Below are positions 7,795 to 13,253 of a stretch of DNA of 47,403 nucleotides, one piece after another. Positions within the stretch are counted from its first letter, which is position 1, and every line of letters starts with the position of its first letter. The stretch comes from a virus. The position numbers and the translations under genes were made by a program. The notes beneath the pieces were generated by a model. The model was not told where the DNA came from and did no database searches. It worked only from the letters and a program-made list of their open reading frames with translations. The stretch is from positions 1-47,403 of IMG/VR virus record IMGVR_UViG_3300011438_000005; one strand, given 5' to 3'.

Positions 7795-8010
7795 CTACGG
7801 GGTCGGGTTGGTGAGCAGGGTCAAGGGCGCCACCTTCAGTCCGCCGGCGAGCTGCTCGATCGTCTCGAGGGGTGGCGAGCGGATCCCGCGCTCGAGGGAT
7901 GAGACGTAGGACAGGGACAGGTGCGCCGCCTCGGCGAGCGCCTCCTGGCTCATTTTCTTCTTCTGCCTGGTGGTGCGCAGGTTTGCGCTGAAGTTGGACA
8001 GCAGGGACAT
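7795..8010 (-). CDS. XRE/Cro-type helix-turn-helix transcriptional regulator (71 aa)
   Basis: Complete track ORF with an AGGAGAAG RBS. The segment LRTTRQKKKMSQEALAEAAHLSLSYVSSLERGIRSPPLETIEQLAGGL is a canonical HTH_XRE pattern (SQE-LA ... S-(I/V)S-(I/L)ERG). Confidence 0.85.
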   Translation of the reverse strand: MSLLSNFSANLRTTRQKKKMSQEALAEAAHLSLSYVSSLERGIRSPPLETIEQLAGGLKVAPLTLLTNPTP

Positions 8011-8049
8011 GGGCTCTTCTCCTGTAGGTGTGGTGCTACTGGGAGAGCG

Positions 8050-8403
8050 CTACTCTATGGGTCCGACATATTGCTCGGTGAGGCATGCGTGGAGGCCGTG
8101 GACGACGCCCCAGGTCGCGAAGTTGTAGGGCCCGGAGACGGCGCCACAGTGGCACCTCCGCAGGATCGGCCCGTCGGGGCAGGCGACGCCGTGGGTGCCG
8201 CAGGGCTCGGGGTTCACCTTCACCCCGATCTGGCGCACGAGCGCGGCGCGCTCGGCTGGGTCCGGGATCCAGAAGTGCTGGGCGAAGACCTCGACGACCT
8301 CGACGCGGCTCCGTGCGCAGCCCGGGCAGCAGGTCACGTCGCGGTGGGGGCAGGCGAGGGCGCCGGTCGGGTGCTCTCTCCATCCCCGGGGAAGGCCGGT
8401 CAC
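8050..8403 (-). CDS. Hypothetical Cys-rich protein (117 aa)
   Basis: Track ORF 8050..8511 trimmed to GTG 8403 (GTGA overlap with the stop of 8400..8741). Confidence 0.6.
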   Translation of the reverse strand: MTGLPRGWREHPTGALACPHRDVTCCPGCARSRVEVVEVFAQHFWIPDPAERAALVRQIGVKVNPEPCGTHGVACPDGPILRRCHCGAVSGPYNFATWGVVHGLHACLTEQYVGPIE

Positions 8404-8741
8404 GATCTCACCGCGCCGAACAAACCGAGCTGGTCGTCGACCTCGAGGGGCGCCGGGCGCACCGGGCGCGCCGAGGGAACCCGCTTCCCGAGCCCTCCGC
8501 AGTCGCGGCACGGCTCATAGTGGGGCGGCCGGATGCGCGTGCAGGTCGACCCGGAACCCTTGCAGCAGGCGCAGGCCACGAGCAGCCGGGCCAGATCGCG
8601 CCGGGCGCGGCACGCGGGCTTGCGTCCGCCCTTGTAGTTGCGGCACGTCTCGTGGGGCGGGGCACCGCAGGTCGGGCAAACCAGCAGCAGGTCGTCCCCT
8701 GGTAGCGCGCGGATTCTCGTCGGGATCGTCGTCTCGGCCAT
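8400..8741 (-). CDS. Zinc-finger protein with DnaJ-type CxxCxGxG repeats (113 aa); first gene of the leftward unit
   Basis: Track ORF 8400..8798 trimmed to ATG 8741, with a GAGGAG RBS 7 nt upstream. Motifs are CPTCG ... C, CACCKGSGS and CRDCGGLGK. Confidence 0.65.
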   Translation of the reverse strand: MAETTIPTRIRALPGDDLLLVCPTCGAPPHETCRNYKGGRKPACRARRDLARLLVACACCKGSGSTCTRIRPPHYEPCRDCGGLGKRVPSARPVRPAPLEVDDQLGLFGAVRS

Positions 8742-8769
8742 CGGTCGGGCTCCTCTCGTGGTACGGGTA

Positions 8770-8798
8770 CACCTACTCTGGGAGAGGAGGGCCGTCAA
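8770..8798 (-). promoter_or_regulatory. Candidate leftward promoter (TTGACG-17 nt-TAGGTG on the minus strand)
   Basis: The reverse complement of 8793-8798 is TTGACG and of 8770-8775 is TAGGTG, with a 17-nt spacer. It lies about 30 nt upstream of ATG 8741. Confidence 0.35.
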
Positions 8799-8812
8799 GT
8801 CCCCTGGTGCGC

Positions 8813-8841
8813 TTGACTCAGATCCTCTGAGCGTGTAGGCA
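8813..8841 (+). promoter_or_regulatory. Candidate rightward promoter (TTGACT-17 nt-TAGGCA)
   Basis: TTGACT at 8813-8818 and TAGGCA at 8836-8841 with a 17-nt spacer, about 23 nt upstream of GTG 8864. It has the same architecture as the leftward candidate and sits back-to-back with it, 14 bp apart. Confidence 0.35.
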
Positions 8842-8863
8842 TACCGACCGAGGAGGCGACCTC

Positions 8864-9157
8864 GTGCGCGACGGTGACTTGGAGGACCTCATCCGGCGGT
8901 GTGACCGGGTGCAGCGAGAAATCAACGACCTCCAGCTCACCCTCGGCGCGGTGTGCCCGGCCTGTAGGGCTTGGCCGATCAGGGATCCAGTCACGCCTGG
9001 GCCGGCCTGGCCGACGGTCTGCCGGGCCTGCTTCGTCGAGGTCGACCAGCTCGCCGAGGAGATCGAGCGCCACGGGTTCGCGCCGGCGCACCACCTCGTC
9101 GGCGACCTCCTCGAGCTGCCCGATCTCCGCTTCCGTCGCCTCTCGAGGGCGGCGTGA
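8864..9157 (+). CDS. Hypothetical protein with two CxxC pairs (97 aa); first gene of the rightward unit
   Basis: Complete track ORF with a GTG start preceded by a GAGGAGG RBS. Third codon positions are G/C-rich. Confidence 0.7.
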   Translation: MRDGDLEDLIRRCDRVQREINDLQLTLGAVCPACRAWPIRDPVTPGPAWPTVCRACFVEVDQLAEEIERHGFAPAHHLVGDLLELPDLRFRRLSRAA

Positions 9158-9327
9158 CCAAGAAGGCGAAGCGGCCGCGGCGGGCGAAGCACAACTACAT
9201 CACCCCGAACCCGCCGCCAGGTTGTCGATTCATCATGGGTTTCGCGTTCTCCATCGGCTTCGGCTTCCCGATGCGCGCCGTCACCCTCTACGAACGTGGA
9301 CAGGACGAAATCGGAGGCCTCTCTTGA
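9154..9327 (+). CDS. Possible small protein (57 aa), not in the ORF track as a separate gene
   Basis: GTG 9154 overlaps the stop of 8864..9157 (GTGA), and its own TGA overlaps the TTG start of the methyltransferase (TTGA). It is in the frame of track ORF 8971..9327. Sequence is VTKKAKRPRRAKHNYITPNPPPGCRFIMGFAFSIGFGFPMRAVTLYERGQDEIGGLS. Confidence 0.45.
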   Translation: MTKKAKRPRRAKHNYITPNPPPGCRFIMGFAFSIGFGFPMRAVTLYERGQDEIGGLS

Positions 9328-10061
9328 CCCGCAACCGCGTAACCCTCGATCTCCCTTGCCTCGCCGGAGGCTGGCCGGTGGTCGTCTCTGACAGCCCGTG
9401 GCCCTTCCGGGACAAGGGCTCGCGCATCGCACCAAACCAGCGCCGGAAGCGGCTCGGCCGGAAGGGCTACCGGACGCTCACCGTCGACCAGATCGCGGCG
9501 CTGCCGGTGGGCCAGATCGTCGCGCCCGACGCGCTGCTCTTCCTCTGGACGACCTCGACGCACCTCCTCGACGGCTCCGCCTCGAGGGTCTGCCGCGCCT
9601 GGGGCTTCGAGCCGAAGGCGACGATCGCCTGGGTGAAGACCGGAGGGATGGATCTCCTGGCCTGGCTCCTCGAGCAGGCGGAGCGGTTCGGGTGGAACCC
9701 CTGGGTGGTGAAGCGCGCGGCGCGGTACCTCCCTGACGTCCGGAAGCTCCAGATCGGGATGGGGCACTACGTCCGCGGCGCGCACGAGCTCGTGCTCCTG
9801 GGCCGGCGCGGGCGGGCGAAGGTGGTCGACCGGGGCGTGCCGTCGGTCTTCTATGCCCCGCGGCGCGGGCACTCCCAGAAGCCGGCCGAGTTCCGCGACC
9901 TGGTCGACCGACTCACCGGCGGGAAGCCGACGCTCGAGCTCTTCGCCCGCGGGCCCGTGAAGCGCACCGAGGCGAAGAGCTGGACCTTCTGGGGCGACGA
10001 GGTGCCCACAGACTTGTCCACAGGGTTATCCACAACCGGGGCCGTCCGGAAAGTGAGGTGA
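9324..10061 (+). CDS. MT-A70 family N6-adenine DNA methyltransferase (245 aa)
   Basis: Track ORF 8874..10061 trimmed to TTG 9324, with a GGAGG RBS 6 nt upstream. Motifs are VVSDSPWPF (variant of DPPW), LLFLWTT, WGF ... WVK, GMGHYVRGAHELVLLGRRG and RRGHSQKPAEF, which is the MT-A70 (PF05063) pattern. Confidence 0.8.
   Translation: MTRNRVTLDLPCLAGGWPVVVSDSPWPFRDKGSRIAPNQRRKRLGRKGYRTLTVDQIAALPVGQIVAPDALLFLWTTSTHLLDGSASRVCRAWGFEPKATIAWVKTGGMDLLAWLLEQAERFGWNPWVVKRAARYLPDVRKLQIGMGHYVRGAHELVLLGRRGRAKVVDRGVPSVFYAPRRGHSQKPAEFRDLVDRLTGGKPTLELFARGPVKRTEAKSWTFWGDEVPTDLSTGLSTTGAVRKVR
10002..10034 (+). promoter_or_regulatory. Array of three DnaA-box-like 9-mers at 12-bp spacing (GTGCCCACA, TTGTCCACA, TTATCCACA)
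   Basis: Read directly as gtgcccaca gac ttgtccaca ggg ttatccaca. The third is the perfect TTATCCACA consensus and the second is the high-G+C (Streptomyces-type) TTGTCCACA. The array overlaps the last codons of the methyltransferase. Confidence 0.6.
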
Positions 10062-10091
10062 TAGCGTGAGCTTAGGACGGTCCTCGGGTAG

Positions 10092-10100
10092 TTATCCACA
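10092..10100 (+). promoter_or_regulatory. Second perfect DnaA box TTATCCACA (within a 13-bp exact repeat GTTATCCACAACC, also at 10025-10037)
   Basis: gtagttatccacaaccagc read directly. It has the same orientation as the array 66 bp upstream and lies in the 281-bp non-coding gap 10062-10342. Confidence 0.6.
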
Positions 10101-10162
10101 ACCAGCACGCCCCCCTACTACTGATCGGGTTAAGCGGAGGGGCTGGTTCTCTTCTCTGCTCA

Positions 10163-10176
10163 GATCGGTACCGATC
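10163..10176. other. Perfect 14-bp palindrome GATCGGTACCGATC in the non-coding gap
   Basis: Read directly and is self-complementary. A further GATC lies at 10123-10126. Confidence 0.5.
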
Positions 10177-10342
10177 ATCGGAGGGGGCAGGCGGCGCCCG
10201 CTGGCGGTCCTTCCCCCGCCGCTCGGCGCCCTCACCCTGGGGGCCCGCCGCCCCCCTCCGGGAGGCTTCGCCCGCCTGCGCCGCTGGCTCCGCGTCCATG
10301 TCGGACGCCGGGAGTAGGTCAACCCACACCGAGGGTCCGAAC

Positions 10343-10579
10343 ATGGCAACCCCTGAAGAACTGGAATGGCAGGCGAAGAGCATCGGCGAGCAAATCAAGG
10401 CGACGGCTCCCGAGGACGTCGGGTTCGCCATCGTCTTCTGGAACCGCCGGCGCAGCGAGGGGACCCCGGTCGCCTTCGCGAGTAACGCGGTCACCGACCA
10501 GGACAGGCGTGAGACCGTGAAGATCCTTCAGGACTTCGGCTCGAAGCTGAAGCCCTCGCAGATCATCCTCCCAAGCTGA
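10343..10579 (+). CDS. Hypothetical protein (78 aa)
   Basis: Track ORF 10298..10579 trimmed to ATG 10343, with a GAGGG RBS 7 nt upstream. Third codon positions are G/C-rich. Confidence 0.65.
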   Translation: MATPEELEWQAKSIGEQIKATAPEDVGFAIVFWNRRRSEGTPVAFASNAVTDQDRRETVKILQDFGSKLKPSQIILPS

Positions 10580-10656
10580 ACCCGGCCGGCCCGGCGCCCT
10601 CGAGCTCCGCTGCGGGCCGCGCCCCTCCCCAGGAGCTCGACGAGAACCGAACCGCC

Positions 10657-10920
10657 ATGACCGACAAGAACCAGGCCGAACCCCTCGTCCGCTCCTACCC
10701 CGTCGAGCCCCGCATGCAGCAGCAGATCGACGAGTGCTTCACCTACCACCCGCCGAAGCCCGACCAGGTCGGCCGGTATGTCGACCTCCGAGCGGCCGGG
10801 CGCGAGCTCGCGCTCCTCATCGCGCGCTCGTCCCCCCCCTCGAGGGCCCAGTCCGTCGCCCTGACGAAGCTCGAGGAGTCGATCATGTGGGCCAACGCGG
10901 CGATCGCTCGGGGCGAGTAG
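10657..10920 (+). CDS. Conserved phage hypothetical protein (87 aa)
   Basis: Complete track ORF. I have seen the block FTYHPPKPDQVGRYVDLR ... PPSRAQSVALTKLEESIMWANAAIA in many phage hypothetical proteins. Function is unknown to me. Confidence 0.7.
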   Translation: MTDKNQAEPLVRSYPVEPRMQQQIDECFTYHPPKPDQVGRYVDLRAAGRELALLIARSSPPSRAQSVALTKLEESIMWANAAIARGE

Positions 10921-10923
10921 GCG

Positions 10924-11901
10924 ATGGCCCTCATCCTGAGCGGGACCTGCGAGGTGCTGGAGTGCCACGGGTGCGGCGCGATGTACCTCGTTGGGGAGCG
11001 GCCGCACCGGGCGAATCCGGGCGCGGCGGAGCGCTGGAAGGAGACCCACGCGGCGTGCGCCAGCGCGAACACCTACCTCGAGGCCGCGGCGCCGAAGATG
11101 CAGGCGGACCTCGAGGAGCTCATCCGGGACCGCATGCGGAAGGCGGTGGCCGACGCCGGCGGCTCCCTCGCGACCGAAGAGGAGGTCGCGCAGCACGCAA
11201 CGGCTGACGTCGTTCGGGCGATCATGAACGCGCTCGACCTCGGCCTCCTGCCGGGCCGGCTGCACGCCACCCGGAAACACGTCGACCAGCTCCAGGCGCG
11301 CATCGTCGACCTCCAGCAGCTCCTCCAGGCGGACATGCTGAAGCTCGAGGACGAACGGCGGGAGCGGGCGATCACCGAGGCGGCGCACGTGAAGGCCTCG
11401 ACGGCGTGGTCGCTTGCCCGGGAGCGGGTCGAAGCGCTCGAGGCGAAGCTCGAGCGGGAGACGACGGCATGGGCGGCTACCCTCCAGCGCGAGGAGGCGC
11501 TCCTGGCCGAGCTCGCCGCGGCGCGGGTGGCGCTCTTGGCCCATTGCTGCGCCGGCTGCGGCCTGGTTCTCCCGGACCGGGAAGCGGCCGCGGCGCACGT
11601 CACCACGTGCAAGGACCACCCGATCGGGCGCCAGGTCCTCGCCCTCGAGGAGCAGCTCGCGTCCGCGCGGGAGGAGATCGATAGGCTCCGGGCCGGGGGC
11701 CTGGCGGCGCTCGAGACGCTCAAGGGCCTGGCCGAGGGCAACTCGACCGACCTCACCGAGCTCGAGCCCCCCGAGCAGGAGCTCGCCGCGCGCATCACGG
11801 CGCTCTTGCTCGTGAACGCCGACCTCCAGGTCAGGCTCGACGCGGCGAACGGGCACTCCCCCTTCTCCGACGCCGATCCGCCGGAGGGGCGGCGCGCGTG
11901 A
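10924..11901 (+). CDS. Hypothetical coiled-coil protein with Cys pairs (325 aa)
   Basis: Complete track ORF. It has long heptad-like Leu/Glu/Ala/Arg stretches plus CHGCG and CCAGCG ... C..H motifs. Confidence 0.7.
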   Translation: MALILSGTCEVLECHGCGAMYLVGERPHRANPGAAERWKETHAACASANTYLEAAAPKMQADLEELIRDRMRKAVADAGGSLATEEEVAQHATADVVRAIMNALDLGLLPGRLHATRKHVDQLQARIVDLQQLLQADMLKLEDERRERAITEAAHVKASTAWSLARERVEALEAKLERETTAWAATLQREEALLAELAAARVALLAHCCAGCGLVLPDREAAAAHVTTCKDHPIGRQVLALEEQLASAREEIDRLRAGGLAALETLKGLAEGNSTDLTELEPPEQELAARITALLLVNADLQVRLDAANGHSPFSDADPPEGRRA

Positions 11902-12164
11902 CCTGGCTGTTCGCGTCAATTTTCGCCCTATTCGGGGCCTCCGGCCTCTTCGTCGCCGGCATGACCTTCGGGCGGCACCTCGCTCGACGCCAGGCGCTCG
12001 AAGAGGCCTCGTCCTTCCTCCGTGGGGCGGCCCTGCACGCCCTATCGGAGGGGTACGTGGGGCGCGCCTCGGGCCTCTCCTACGGCGCCGAGCTCCTGGT
12101 CGACTTCCCGGACCGCCCTCCAGCCCCCCTGCGCTCCCCGAACCTCGAGGGCCCCACCCGATGA
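11898..12164 (+). CDS. Hypothetical membrane protein, N-terminal TM helix (88 aa)
   Basis: Complete track ORF. The GTG start makes a GTGA overlap with the upstream stop. The N-terminus is WLFASIFALFGASGLFVAGMTF. Confidence 0.65.
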   Translation: MTWLFASIFALFGASGLFVAGMTFGRHLARRQALEEASSFLRGAALHALSEGYVGRASGLSYGAELLVDFPDRPPAPLRSPNLEGPTR

Positions 12165-12415
12165 CCCGCCGCTCCACGAAGCAGCGCCGCGCGGCCCGCC
12201 GGCGCTCCCAGCCCTACCGGCTGACGGCGACCGACCTCCGCGGCTGGGCCAACCCCCTGCGCCACCCCGGCCTCGCGGCGTTCGCCGACCTCTTCCAGCG
12301 CGCCTTCCTCGAGCCGATCCTCGAGCGAGTGCTCGTCTCCTCTCCCGAGCTGCGCCGCATCACGAACGAGCTCGAGGACCTGCGCACCGCCCGTACGTCA
12401 CACCACCCTACGTGA
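12161..12415 (+). CDS. Hypothetical basic protein (84 aa)
   Basis: Complete track ORF with an ATGA overlap with the upstream stop. Confidence 0.6.
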   Translation: MTRRSTKQRRAARRRSQPYRLTATDLRGWANPLRHPGLAAFADLFQRAFLEPILERVLVSSPELRRITNELEDLRTARTSHHPT

Positions 12416-12429
12416 CGCCGCACGTAGGG
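12406..12429 (+). terminator. Perfect 9-bp stem hairpin (CCCTACGTG-acgccg-CACGTAGGG) spanning the stop codon of 12161..12415
   Basis: Read directly. It has no downstream T-tract and lies at the start of the 154-bp gap before terS. Confidence 0.3.
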
Positions 12430-12569
12430 CCCCGGGCTGGACGACCCGTGCGGTTCTGCGCTACAGGGGGTGTGACCGGACGGCCCCCCAGGTCGGCCAG
12501 GGGGCGGTCTCGGGGCTTCGCCACCCCGGGACCGCCCTCTTTCTACCAGGGGGCGAGGGGCTCGACCTG

Positions 12570-13253
12570 GTGGCGAAACGGACGAACATCGACGCGGACG
12601 GCCTCAACCCCCGACAGCGTCGCTTCGCCCTGGAATACCTCCTCGACCTCAACGCCACCCAGGCGGCCATCCGGGCCGGCTACAGCGTCGGCACCGCCCG
12701 GGTCCAGGGCCCGCGCTTGTTGTCGCATGCTGCCGTCGCGGCCTTTCTCCAGCCCCGGCTCGAGAAGAAGGAGCGGCGGCTCGAGCTGACGGCGCAGCGG
12801 CTCGACGACGAGCTCGCGCGGATCGCCTTCGTCGACCCCGGGAAGCTCGTCAACGAGAACGGCCGGCACCTCGGGCTGCACGAGCTCGACGAGGACACCC
12901 GCCGGGCTGTCGCCGGCGTGAAGGTGCGCACCGCCACGGTCCTGCGCGGCAAGGACGCCCGCCACGCGGCCGCCGGCATCGGGATCGAGCCTGGGGGCGA
13001 CGACGTGCCGCTCGTCGAGGAGCTCACCCTCGGCACCCTGGAAGTGAAGCTCTCGCCCAAGGTCGAGGCCATCATGGGCGCGAACAAGGTCCTCGGCCGG
13101 CTGCGCGACCGCATCCACCTGACGGGCCGGGTGCGGAACCTCTCGCATGAGCAGATCCTCCTCCTCGCGCGCCAGATTCGCACGAAGCTCGCCGGGCCTC
13201 GCAGCCTGGCGGGGAAGGCGAAGCCGGGGACGTCGACTGGAGGTGGGCGGTGA
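12570..13253 (+). CDS. terS: Terminase small subunit, Terminase_2 (P27-type) (227 aa)
   Basis: Complete track ORF with a GTG start. LNPRQRRFALEYLLDLNATQAAIRAGYS is the N-terminal HTH signature of PF03592-type small terminases. It lies immediately upstream of terL. Confidence 0.85.
   Translation: MAKRTNIDADGLNPRQRRFALEYLLDLNATQAAIRAGYSVGTARVQGPRLLSHAAVAAFLQPRLEKKERRLELTAQRLDDELARIAFVDPGKLVNENGRHLGLHELDEDTRRAVAGVKVRTATVLRGKDARHAAAGIGIEPGGDDVPLVEELTLGTLEVKLSPKVEAIMGANKVLGRLRDRIHLTGRVRNLSHEQILLLARQIRTKLAGPRSLAGKAKPGTSTGGGR

Noticed and set aside
10123-10176. Three GATC sites as a Dam/SeqA-type origin sequestration cluster
   Set aside because: GATC is common throughout this genome (roughly one per few hundred bp expected at this composition, and frequent in cgatcg contexts). 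Three sites in 54 bp is only mildly unusual. The specificity of the phage methyltransferase is unknown, so this is kept only as a side note to the DnaA-box finding.
10066-10317. 83-aa ORF (and antisense ORFs 10072..10494 and 10092..10349) in the gap after the methyltransferase
   Set aside because: The translations are Arg/Pro/Gly-rich and there is no RBS. The region is better explained as non-coding DNA carrying DnaA boxes and palindromes.
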